Source: Promethearchaeota archaeon (lineage in GTDB: Archaea > Asgardarchaeota > Lokiarchaeia > Sigyniarchaeales > SOKP01). Taken from it: a stretch of 47,774 nucleotides of DNA. The stretch lies in contig CP070831.1 of assembly GCA_020344955.1 (NCBI GenBank), positions 1,106,091 through 1,153,864 on the forward strand, given 5' to 3'. A program made the translations under genes and the position numbers. Under the pieces are notes generated by a model that worked only from the letters and a program-made list of their open reading frames with translations, was not told the DNA's origin and ran no database searches. How positions within the stretch are numbered: the stretch's first letter is position 1; every line of letters begins with the position of its first letter. Of the stretch, positions 27,585 to 36,052 are shown in pieces.

Positions 27585-28187
27585 ATGATATTTTTAATCT
27601 CTCAAAATGCTTTTTTAGATTTTATTACAACACCACCTGGTTCCATGTTATTTGTATTTCTTCTAGCTTTAGCAACTGCATTAATCAGTACAATTTTAAC
27701 AAGACTATTAGTTGATACTGAATCAATAAATCGTAAACAAATACAAATTAAAGCTCATCAAGAAGAAAAAGAAAAGATAATTGAATTGGCAGAAATCGAT
27801 CCTGAACGTTATAGGAAAGCTCGAAAAAGATGGGAAAGGAAAGAAGCTATGTTTAAACAGACACAACAAAAAATGGCTTTTCAAAGAATGAAACCTACAT
27901 GTATTACATTTCTTCCAATGATTATTATTTTTGGAATAATGAATACCCTTTTTGCTGGTAAATCAGTAGCGTTATCACCAATGCATGCCAATGATGTCCC
28001 TTTAATAGGCACATTTATAAGCGCTAACGCTATTTGGATTAATTTTACAGCATGGTACTTTTTATGTTCATTAGGCATTAATACACTCACACAAAGATTG
28101 TTAAAACTCCAGTCACAAGCAACAGGAGGTATGGGTGGAATGTTCGCGGGGCAAAAAGCAAAAGCTTTAGAATTTCCAGATGTATAA
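27585..28187 (+). CDS. DUF106 / EMC3-Get1-TMCO1-like (Oxa1 superfamily) membrane insertase
   Basis: TM1, then a basic coiled-coil hairpin (KQIQIKAHQEEKEKI...RKARKRWERKEAMFKQTQQK), then TM2 and TM3. It sits directly after secY, as in many archaea. Confidence 0.65.
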   Translation: MIFLISQNAFLDFITTPPGSMLFVFLLALATALISTILTRLLVDTESINRKQIQIKAHQEEKEKIIELAEIDPERYRKARKRWERKEAMFKQTQQKMAFQRMKPTCITFLPMIIIFGIMNTLFAGKSVALSPMHANDVPLIGTFISANAIWINFTAWYFLCSLGINTLTQRLLKLQSQATGGMGGMFAGQKAKALEFPDV

Positions 28188-28214
28188 GTCAATTGATATT
28201 ATATACTAGAAAAA

Positions 28215-28315
28215 CGCAACGGGAGGGATTTGAACCCCCGAGTGCATTCACACACCGGCTTTTTGGGATACACTCCGCTCCAAGCCGGCGCCGTACCGGG
28301 CTAGGCAACCGTTGC
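28215..28315 (-). tRNA. tRNA-Ser(GGA) with a 17-nt canonical 37/38 BHB intron (28261..28277); no encoded CCA
   Basis: Acceptor GCAACGG/CCGUUGC, T-arm GGGGG-UUCAAAU-CCCUC, a long variable arm, anticodon stem CCGGC/GCCGG and loop UUGGAG..A. The intron 3' end CCAA pairs with UUGG (nt 32-35), flanked by two 3-nt bulges. Confidence 0.85.
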
Positions 28316-28353
28316 TTATCAAAAAAATAGATTTAGTTAATTTTATATTTTAA

Positions 28354-28641
28354 TTATTTTATTGGAATCGAAACTGGTTCACTCATTTTTTTTCCTAATT
28401 TTGCATTTTTAATTGCAGCCTCTACTTCCTCGTGAGATGCTCCCTTTTTAATTTCAACAGTTTCATCTATGGGTTCAATATGTTTATAATTTACTCTTCT
28501 TCTACGAACTTTCATTCCATCAATAAGTAAATAGTTTTTATCAACTATATCAACAATAACGCAGTAATATCCCGCTTCTCTTCCTGTGGTTTTGACACAA
28601 AGCCGTCCTATATCATATATGCTCATATAATTTGTCACCAA
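28354..28641 (-). CDS. rpl14e: 50S ribosomal protein eL14
   Basis: IGRLCVKTTGREAGYYCVIVDIVDKNYLLIDG...RRRRVNYKHIEP is the KOW-containing eL14 pattern. The start may be the internal Met at 28626. Confidence 0.85.
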   Translation of the reverse strand: MVTNYMSIYDIGRLCVKTTGREAGYYCVIVDIVDKNYLLIDGMKVRRRRVNYKHIEPIDETVEIKKGASHEEVEAAIKNAKLGKKMSEPVSIPIK

Positions 28642-28761
28642 ATTATTTCTAAATATATTTTTTTACTGGGGTTTCAAGTTCTCCAGTAATCAAACTCAAT
28701 TTATAGTAATTTAAAAAATCATTCTAAAAATAAAATTTTTTCGAATTTTTATTGGAAAAAA

Positions 28762-29301
28762 TTATTTGATTACTTTCTCTAATTTCAAAATAATTTCTTT
28801 AAAAATTTCCTCAACGCTAAGACTTTCTGTATTTATAATAAGATCATAAATTTGGTACAGTTCTTGTTGATTGCTTAAATCGATGTTATATAATAGTTTA
28901 AACCGTTCTAATTCTGATTTTTCTCTCATCTTAGTTTCTTTTATTTTTTCTTCATAATCACTGTTATCTCTTTGAATCATTCGTTTAACTCTTGTTTCTA
29001 GAGGACAAGTTAATAATATATTAAAATCTGAAAAATCCTTTAATAAATATCCACTTAATTGACTATCAATGATTACATTTCCTTTTTTAGCTATTTCAAT
29101 AATTCTATTATCTAGTTTTTTATCAATTTCAGGATTTCTTTCTACATATTTAGTAAACTCTGCTAATGTCATTTTCATTTCTTGTGCCAAATCTCTAAAA
29201 GCCTGTCCAGTACTATAATACTTGATACCCATTTTTTCAGCGATTAACTTTCCTATGGTTGATTTTCCCGTTCCATGGAGTCCTGAAATTGTTATAATCA
29301 T
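28762..29301 (-). CDS. cmk: cytidylate kinase, archaeal type
   Basis: MIITISGLHGTGKSTIGKLIAEKMGIKYYSTGQAFR, with an archaeal Cmk-like length and lid. Confidence 0.8.
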   Translation of the reverse strand: MIITISGLHGTGKSTIGKLIAEKMGIKYYSTGQAFRDLAQEMKMTLAEFTKYVERNPEIDKKLDNRIIEIAKKGNVIIDSQLSGYLLKDFSDFNILLTCPLETRVKRMIQRDNSDYEEKIKETKMREKSELERFKLLYNIDLSNQQELYQIYDLIINTESLSVEEIFKEIILKLEKVIK

Positions 29302-29405
29302 TTTACTTAATAAATTTAGATTTAAATATTAAGTTAATTTAAAAAGAGCTTGTTTATGATTTTTATTATTAAAACTGAATAATTAGGCTACATGTTTAAG
29401 ATATT

Positions 29406-29675
29406 TTATTGAGTCCAAATAGATTCTTTTATTATTTTGCTTAGACACGCTGCGCAATATCTTCCACTTTCCATTCTATTAGCCCTCCTTGTTGTTTTAT
29501 TAGTTTTAGTCATTTTTGAGGGTTTTAATCTTGGAACTGATTGAAGTGGTCTTTTACATATAGCACACTTTGCTCTACTGGGCTTTTTTCTCCAATAGTG
29601 GGTCACAGTCTGATTCCCTGGAGTGCTGATGTTTTTCCTTGCTTGAGCTTTAGATCGTAAGCCGGGACGGGGAAT
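29406..29675 (-). CDS. rpl34e: 50S ribosomal protein eL34; probable AUU start
   Basis: The track starts at GVal 29604-29606, but the conserved eL34 N-terminus PRPGLRSKAQARKNISTPGNQTV is in frame upstream with no ATG/GTG/TTG before stop TGA. ATT 29673-29675 occupies the position of the usual Met (MPRP...) and has AAGGT 7 nt upstream. Confidence 0.7.
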   Translation of the reverse strand: MPRPGLRSKAQARKNISTPGNQTVTHYWRKKPSRAKCAICKRPLQSVPRLKPSKMTKTNKTTRRANRMESGRYCAACLSKIIKESIWTQ

Positions 29676-29765
29676 TTTAATTACCTTTTCTTTTATATTT
29701 CTTAGAAAATTAATAAATCAATATATTTTTAAATTAGAGAAAAAATATTAATTTTATTATTTTAC

Positions 29766-30389
29766 TTAAGTTTTCAGATTTAATTTATTTTGAAATTCTC
29801 TAAATATTTCATACAATTTATCTATCAATTTATCCTTTAGTTTTGCGTCAGACATTATCAGATCAAGCTGATTGATAGAATTTTTTTGCAATTCTTTAAC
29901 CTTAAATAAAACTTCATTTAATCCTGGAAACTTACTTAAATTATGATTTAGTTCATCAAACAAATTAAAAATTATATCCTTTTTTCCTAAACCATCCAAA
30001 GTTAACGCATCCATAAGTGTTATAAAAGACGTGGTTATTTCAGATGTAATAGCTGGTAATTCTAAAAATGTACGCTTATGTGTGATTGTTTCATTATCAG
30101 GGAAATGTAGTGAAGACAAACGATTTATCATATTTAGAACTGAGTTATATTCTTGGGCTATATCCATTTTTTTAATTAGATCCGACATTTGAAGATTTCT
30201 TTCTTTTAGAGAGAGATTTATCTTTAATAGGTTATTCATAGCAGTTTTTATTGTTTTTCTAAAGAAATTTTCATTAACAATACCTTTTTGATATTTAGTG
30301 TTTAAATTAGTAATTGATTTAACTAATGCAAATATCTCAGACTCTATTTTTGATTCAAATTCAGAATTAATTCTGTTGTTTTCTGTCAT
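29766..30389 (-). CDS. Vps28-like protein (ESCRT-I subunit homolog)
   Basis: The N-terminal half SEIFALVKSITNLNTKYQKGIVNENFF resembles [27 protein letters not shown] of human VPS28 as I recall it. The C-terminal four-helix part SFITLMDALTLDG..D.I..LFDEL resembles LFITVMDKLRLEIRAMDEIQPDLREL. Length is 207 aa. Confidence 0.6.
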   Translation of the reverse strand: MTENNRINSEFESKIESEIFALVKSITNLNTKYQKGIVNENFFRKTIKTAMNNLLKINLSLKERNLQMSDLIKKMDIAQEYNSVLNMINRLSSLHFPDNETITHKRTFLELPAITSEITTSFITLMDALTLDGLGKKDIIFNLFDELNHNLSKFPGLNEVLFKVKELQKNSINQLDLIMSDAKLKDKLIDKLYEIFREFQNKLNLKT

Positions 30390-30454
30390 TTCATACTTGT
30401 ATAATAAAAAAAATCAGATAATTTATATAAAGTTTAGATGGAGAGCTAATAAAT

Positions 30455-31393
30455 TTAACCAAATAATGTTGGGCGTAGAAAGTAGAATAGAATGGCAACT
30501 ATAACACCTATGATAATAGTAGGAATTAATACTCGAGTTGTTGAGGAATTACTTAATTCCCTAATAGCTAAGGTTATTAAAATAGGTACCCATATTGCTA
30601 TAGTTAATGCATCGATAATATCTAACGCTATCCACGTACTGGAACCAAGCATAAGATCAAATATAGCTGGATCAAAAGTAAAGTATTGACTAGGATTATC
30701 ATCAACAGTTACATTTGGATACCCAAACAATACAATTAATACTTTTATGGCATTTATCAATAGAAAAGGTGTGAAGGCACATAACATCATTCTAAATTTA
30801 TATGCTCCTTCTAATTGTAACATTGTACCACCTTTGTAGATACTAAAAGGACTAACATCTGCTTCTTTATATTTTTCTTTCTGTTCTTCAGTTGGTGCAA
30901 AGCGCGTTTCTAATCTTTCTGTAAATCCCACTGCATAATTAGCTCCCTTGCTAAATATCCATATTAGAAACCAGAAGAAGATTAATTGAAAAAGGAAACC
31001 AAAAACAAAGAATGAAGCAAAAATACTTAAATTGTAAAGGAAGTGTAAAATTGTAAAAGGTGGAGCACGGTCAAAATTGAAATGTGATAAGAATGCCAAT
31101 CCCATTAATCCATATAATAGTGAGCAAAATAATAAAATCAGCCAACCAGGAGCTTTACTTCTTTTATGATTAATATCAAAAAAAGCTTTTGGAGCGTTCA
31201 CAAAAAGATACAAAATTTTCATATACCATGGATATGGAGCAGTCCATTCTGCTTCATATCTTCTGAAAAATCTAATTTTTTCAATTCTTTCTATTTTTAA
31301 TCTAAAACCACAAAAATTACATGCAAAACTATCAACAGTATTCTCATTTCCACATCTAGGACACCGCTGAAATGCGGCAACTGTCTGAGACAT
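30455..31393 (-). CDS. multi-pass membrane protein with N-terminal zinc ribbon (possibly Yip1-domain-like)
   Basis: CPRCG...CNFCG followed by five or more TM helices. The Yip1-like assignment rests on topology only. Confidence 0.4.
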   Translation of the reverse strand: MSQTVAAFQRCPRCGNENTVDSFACNFCGFRLKIERIEKIRFFRRYEAEWTAPYPWYMKILYLFVNAPKAFFDINHKRSKAPGWLILLFCSLLYGLMGLAFLSHFNFDRAPPFTILHFLYNLSIFASFFVFGFLFQLIFFWFLIWIFSKGANYAVGFTERLETRFAPTEEQKEKYKEADVSPFSIYKGGTMLQLEGAYKFRMMLCAFTPFLLINAIKVLIVLFGYPNVTVDDNPSQYFTFDPAIFDLMLGSSTWIALDIIDALTIAIWVPILITLAIRELSNSSTTRVLIPTIIIGVIVAILFYFLRPTLFG

Positions 31394-31518
31394 TCTTATT
31401 TGAATATTTTAATAATTTTTATAATAAACATATAATAAAATTATCTTATAAAAATTTCTTCTAATGTTAAAATAAAATCTTGATAAATTCTTTCTTTAAT
31501 TAATATATATCTATTTTT

Positions 31519-32580
31519 TTATTGAAATTCTATTGTAGAATATTTATTTTCATTTTTAATTTGATAATTTCGATTTAAAAATAATTTAATCAATTCCAAA
31601 TTTGTATTGGTGTGACTTGTAACCTCAAGCACCTTTATTTTTGATGGTTCTTGAATGAAAGCCATAAGTGGAATTAGTTGGTCACTTAAATAATTGTCTA
31701 CTGGAATTTCATTTTTGATATATTCTATAAGTTTATCAGCAGCAATATTTCCAAGTTCTTCTGAAGTAATATTTTTTTCCCCAAGAATCGTTCCAGAAGA
31801 AATAATGGCACCATTATCTGAAATCGCCCATAAAGAAAGCCCAACTCCAGGACTTAGAGAATTTACATATTTAAGACTAAGTTTAACGTTTAATCCCAGT
31901 TTTTTTTTTAATTTCAGTTGAGCAGATTTTTCTATTCTTTCACATACATTCCTCGATCTTAAATGACTTGTACTGATTATTTCACCTTGAATTAACTCTA
32001 TATTACCCAATTTAGTTAAATTAATAGGTTTAATTTTATTTCTTGGAGGAAATAAAGTACATTTTACCATCGCTCCTCCTTTAGGATAAAAACCATGTTT
32101 TAGAATATCAATATCGATTTTAAAACCATGTTTCTTAAAAATATTATATGTTACTTGTTGAAGATAATTTAGGCTTGGCGCCCATTTTCCAAATGTACCC
32201 CCTCCAATAACCATGATTTCAATCTTTTCTTGTGAATTAAATCCTAAACAGGCAATTTGAATAGGTTGTAGAAGTAGACCTATACTCCCTGCTGTTCCAA
32301 TCTCAACTTCAATTTTATTTTTTATTGAATTCTTTGGACATAAAGTTATTTCGGTTGTCCCAATTTTACATTCAGACAATTTACTGCTGGTTAATTCTGC
32401 TAAAGTTTTTAACCCCATTAAGTGCTGTAATCTTAAACCAGGTTTAGCTCTATTTGCTCTTATATTCTTTAATCGAATTGAACGTTGGAATAACACCGAA
32501 AAACCAGCTGCAATACGAAGTATCGCACCCCCACCTTCCCCAAAAGAACCATCAATTTCTAGGAAATCCTCAGTTGTCAT
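31519..32580 (-). CDS. rtcA: RNA 3'-terminal phosphate cyclase
   Basis: IDGSFGEGGGAILRIA, RAKPGLRLQHL, YLSDQLIPLMAF and the C-terminal histidine motif TSHTNTNLELIKLF. Confidence 0.85.
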   Translation of the reverse strand: MTTEDFLEIDGSFGEGGGAILRIAAGFSVLFQRSIRLKNIRANRAKPGLRLQHLMGLKTLAELTSSKLSECKIGTTEITLCPKNSIKNKIEVEIGTAGSIGLLLQPIQIACLGFNSQEKIEIMVIGGGTFGKWAPSLNYLQQVTYNIFKKHGFKIDIDILKHGFYPKGGAMVKCTLFPPRNKIKPINLTKLGNIELIQGEIISTSHLRSRNVCERIEKSAQLKLKKKLGLNVKLSLKYVNSLSPGVGLSLWAISDNGAIISSGTILGEKNITSEELGNIAADKLIEYIKNEIPVDNYLSDQLIPLMAFIQEPSKIKVLEVTSHTNTNLELIKLFLNRNYQIKNENKYSTIEFQ

Positions 32581-33710
32581 AATTTAACAGTTTTTGTATA
32601 TAAAGACTTTATACGATTAGTTCCCTTAAATTTTTGAATTAATTTAACAACTTCTTTTGGTACTAAAGTCTTCCATTTTTTATCATTCTTAATAATTAAA
32701 TTTCTAATATTATTACCATTGAATTTTTTTTGAAAAATAGTTATTTTCTTCTCGATTTTAATACCTCTGTTAAAAAACAATGCTCTTACCCAATCACTAT
32801 TAGAAAAAACTGAATCAAAGTCTCCTACAATTGAAATGACATGATTTACCCACTTTTTGGCATCAAAAATATCAGGGATAAAAAATATCTCGTATCTATT
32901 AGGCGAGATATTTCTTTTTTTTAAGGCAGCATTGATAAATGCTTTTCTTTCTTCTTTTGTAAATGGATCATTTAAGCTATGGGATATTTGAGAACTTCCA
33001 ATTCCAATTTTTAATTTAGTATAAGACTTTAAAATATTTTTAATCACATGGATGTGTCCATGATGAAGAGGTTGAAATCTGCCAATAAACAATGATATAT
33101 TATGTTTTTTACTATGCAAAGACTCCTTTTGTTTTTTAAAAAGAGATAAAATATCTGTATTTAATATTTTTCTCCATGTTTCTTTTGAATAATCAATATA
33201 TTTTTCATTTTCTAGCAAGTCTTCTAGTTCTTCTGTAGTATAGAATTTACTAAATTTAACATCTAATTCATCCCGGTTAGGATTTATTTTAATATTTTGG
33301 TCGACTATACCAAAAAAAATGTATGCTGTCTCAAGACCTTCAGTATATATATCGTAAAATAAGATTCTCTGAACTGCATTTGGTGGAATGCCAAATTCTT
33401 CCTCGAGTTCTCTTAATGCATCCTTCTTAATTTTATTTAAATTTAAATTTCTCTCCCAATTGACATGTCCAGAAGATGAGTCAGTAAAATATCCTGGAAA
33501 TGACTTCTTATTTTTGCCACGTTTTTGAACTAAATAAAGCAATTTTCCTTCAGGAGTTATAGATATTATAAAAAATCGAGTAATCAAATGGCTTATTTTT
33601 TTGTCATGGGCTTCATTTCTCTCCATTGGAAAAATAAATTTAGAAATTTGCCCTGATTGTAAAAAAATTTTGTTTTCTTCATCAATACAAGCCAATATCT
33701 CTTTTTCCAT
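32577..33710 (-). CDS. nadM: fusion protein: N-terminal Nudix hydrolase domain plus C-terminal archaeal-type nicotinamide-nucleotide adenylyltransferase
   Basis: Nudix box remnant ALRELEEEFGI in the N-terminal half. The C-terminal half, IGRFQPLHHGHIHVIKNIL...IGIGSSQISHSLNDPFTKEER...NGNNIRNLI...WKTLVPKEVV, is colinear with archaeal NMNAT. Confidence 0.75.
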   Translation of the reverse strand: MEKEILACIDEENKIFLQSGQISKFIFPMERNEAHDKKISHLITRFFIISITPEGKLLYLVQKRGKNKKSFPGYFTDSSSGHVNWERNLNLNKIKKDALRELEEEFGIPPNAVQRILFYDIYTEGLETAYIFFGIVDQNIKINPNRDELDVKFSKFYTTEELEDLLENEKYIDYSKETWRKILNTDILSLFKKQKESLHSKKHNISLFIGRFQPLHHGHIHVIKNILKSYTKLKIGIGSSQISHSLNDPFTKEERKAFINAALKKRNISPNRYEIFFIPDIFDAKKWVNHVISIVGDFDSVFSNSDWVRALFFNRGIKIEKKITIFQKKFNGNNIRNLIIKNDKKWKTLVPKEVVKLIQKFKGTNRIKSLYTKTVKL

Positions 33711-34552
33711 TATATTTTTCTCTCTTCTATATTTATTGTTATAATGTCTCCCGCCTTGAAATTTAATATTTTTGAAGCATTTCCTTGGTTAATTGAGATC
33801 TCAAGATATCCAGTTGACCCAATTATAAAAAGAAGTGAATCTATAGGCATAGATGCAAAATGAGAAGTAAAAATTGCTTCATAATTTTTTTCCTTAATTG
33901 TAAAAGATATTTTTGAATCGTCTTCTAAGTTTAAATCTGTATTCATAATTTTATTGCCCGCCATAGGAATGGATGTTGTTCCATTCCCAAAAGAATCAAC
34001 ATATTGTATTGTACTTTTAATGCTATTTTCTTCTAAGTTTATCTCGTAGACTAATGGAAATTTTATTAAATTATTAAATTTGAAATTTGAACCTAGTTCG
34101 CTTAGAGGAAAATTTTCAAATTTAGTGATGTAAGCACCTATTGGTGCCATTATATCTCTACCATGAAATGTGGATGATACAGGATGATTAAAATAATCTT
34201 CATTCTGAATATTTACACATTCAGATATTTCTGATTTATCAAATACATTTGGAAAAATTCCATTGTTGGGACCAATAAAATAGTAATCAGAATTTGTTTT
34301 TAATGCTATTAATTCTCTTGCACTTCCAACACCAGGATCAACAACAGTGATAAAGACAGTATTTTTAGGAAAATGTATATATGTTGTTTTCAATATGTAA
34401 GATGCTTCAATTACTGAAAATGGAGAAATTTTGTGAGAGATATCAATTATATTTGCAAGAGGATTTATTTTCAAAATAACTCCTTTCATTGCAGCCACAT
34501 AATGCTGCCCTCTTGGTCCAAAATCTGTTAACAATGCAATTATGCGTTCCAT
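33710..34552 (-). CDS. SAM hydroxide adenosyltransferase family protein (DUF62, SAM hydrolase/halogenase-like)
   Basis: N-terminal LLTDFG..G.YVAAMKGVIL, then IIDISHKI and VVDPGVGS.R motifs. Confidence 0.7.
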   Translation of the reverse strand: MERIIALLTDFGPRGQHYVAAMKGVILKINPLANIIDISHKISPFSVIEASYILKTTYIHFPKNTVFITVVDPGVGSARELIALKTNSDYYFIGPNNGIFPNVFDKSEISECVNIQNEDYFNHPVSSTFHGRDIMAPIGAYITKFENFPLSELGSNFKFNNLIKFPLVYEINLEENSIKSTIQYVDSFGNGTTSIPMAGNKIMNTDLNLEDDSKISFTIKEKNYEAIFTSHFASMPIDSLLFIIGSTGYLEISINQGNASKILNFKAGDIITINIEERKI

Positions 34553-34665
34553 TTTATTTTGAAAAGGTGTAAGAATTTTTTTTAAGAGTACTTTTTATAT
34601 GCTATTTTGGGAACATAACTATCATAGAAAAAATTTATGTAATTATATTCTATAGAATCAAATTA

Positions 34666-35565
34666 CTATTTTTTATATTTTTGATCTACTTCATGGAAAT
34701 TTCTTAATGCTTCAGATTTTAGTCTATATTCTTCTTCTTTATCAAATTCTACTAATTTTTTTGAAATTTCACTCGCTTTTCTAAATGAAATATAAGCTGT
34801 ATGAAAATCTTCATTTTTTAAAGCATTTCGTGCTTCTTCTATTATTTTTTCCCTTTCTTTTGATAATTCAGGAGTTTGCTGGTAAAATTCACCTTTGTCT
34901 GTTAATGAAGCAGCAATATCCATAATATAAAGATTTTCTGCTAATTCCCCTGCTTTTAAATAAAACTTTGCAGCTTTTGAATAATCTAAAGATTTTACCG
35001 CATTCTCAGCTGCTTCATAAAATTCAGAAATTTTAAGATGTTCACCATTTTCAATTTTTTCTAAGAGATCTTGAGCTATTTTCCTTTCTTTTTTTCCACC
35101 ACTTAACATAAATTTCGTTATGTTTATAATGCTTTTTTTCAACGCATCAGGTTGAAGAATATCAATTAATGGTTCAAGATGCTCAAGATAAATATCTTTT
35201 AAGATTATTTCAAACTCTTCTTTAGATTTGTTAAGAATATTTAAACTAGGCATTTCAAGAGCTTCAGCAGCTTCTTTAAGGGATGAACGAAATTTTTCTA
35301 TTTCATCATCTTCGTCTAGTAGCAACCCAATAATAGTACCCGAAGCTTTTCTAGCTATTTTTCCTTTAAATTTATAAAGATAAGAAAAAATTTTGTGAGT
35401 CTTAATTTTCAATAGATTATACTCATTTTTTGAATGATCAAGATTTAACCTAAGAAATAAATCATTTGATATTTCAAAATCGGGTTTACTTTCTTTAAAA
35501 TAATAACCCAAAATCTTATAATCAGAATCAGTTGGAAGTAAAATCACAAAACAACCTAGCGGCAT
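34666..35565 (-). CDS. hypothetical protein: N-terminal longin/roadblock-like alpha/beta module plus C-terminal helical (TPR/MIT-like) repeats
   Basis: Pattern only: beta-beta-alpha-beta-beta-beta-alpha periodicity in residues 1-105, then helical hairpins with AAKFYLKAGELAEN and FHTAYISFRKASEISKKL. Confidence 0.35.
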   Translation of the reverse strand: MPLGCFVILLPTDSDYKILGYYFKESKPDFEISNDLFLRLNLDHSKNEYNLLKIKTHKIFSYLYKFKGKIARKASGTIIGLLLDEDDEIEKFRSSLKEAAEALEMPSLNILNKSKEEFEIILKDIYLEHLEPLIDILQPDALKKSIINITKFMLSGGKKERKIAQDLLEKIENGEHLKISEFYEAAENAVKSLDYSKAAKFYLKAGELAENLYIMDIAASLTDKGEFYQQTPELSKEREKIIEEARNALKNEDFHTAYISFRKASEISKKLVEFDKEEEYRLKSEALRNFHEVDQKYKK

Positions 35566-35629
35566 TAGAAATCTTACACTTTTTAATAATTATTATTAGA
35601 TTATGATTAAGCATAAAAAAATAAAAGAT

Positions 35630-36052
35630 TTATGATTGAGTGGCGCTAATTATTCTATTGGTTTCTTCACGAATAGACTGAATAATATTTAATAATTGAG
35701 CAAAATATAGATTATCTGTTACTGCTTGTGAAGCTTGTTTTATGACCTCAATCGCTTTCTTCTCTTCTTCTGTTATTGCTTCAATAGACTTTTTATCCCA
35801 GAGCTCTTTTATTTTGAGATTAAAATCGTCTGATAGATCCTGAAGACTTTTTGTTGATTGAACTCTGAACTGTTTTAAGACTTCTACGATCAATCTAATA
35901 TTTTCTGTCATAGCGACTGTTTGTTCAGAGAAACTTTGACTCATTTGATTAATTGCTCCTCTCATTTGATTAATTTGAGCGATTGTTCCATCCAACGAAC
36001 TCATAATTTGATTTATTTTTTGAATCATTTGATCAAGTAGCTGTTCTGCCAT
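35630..36052 (-). CDS. coiled-coil protein, unknown function (paralog-like partner B)
   Basis: 140 aa, Q/N/I-rich heptad repeats, no TM segment. It starts directly after the stop of the upstream gene. Confidence 0.45.
   Translation of the reverse strand: MAEQLLDQMIQKINQIMSSLDGTIAQINQMRGAINQMSQSFSEQTVAMTENIRLIVEVLKQFRVQSTKSLQDLSDDFNLKIKELWDKKSIEAITEEEKKAIEVIKQASQAVTDNLYFAQLLNIIQSIREETNRIISATQS

Noticed and set aside
31519-32580. Suspicion that RtcA lacked its catalytic histidine (VDNYLSDQL instead of an H-containing motif), i.e. an Rcl1-like inactive cyclase
   Set aside because: On reflection, the adenylated histidine of RtcA lies in the C-terminal S-x-H-x-x-TN motif, which is present here (TSHTNTN). 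The Y in the YLxDQL motif is normal.
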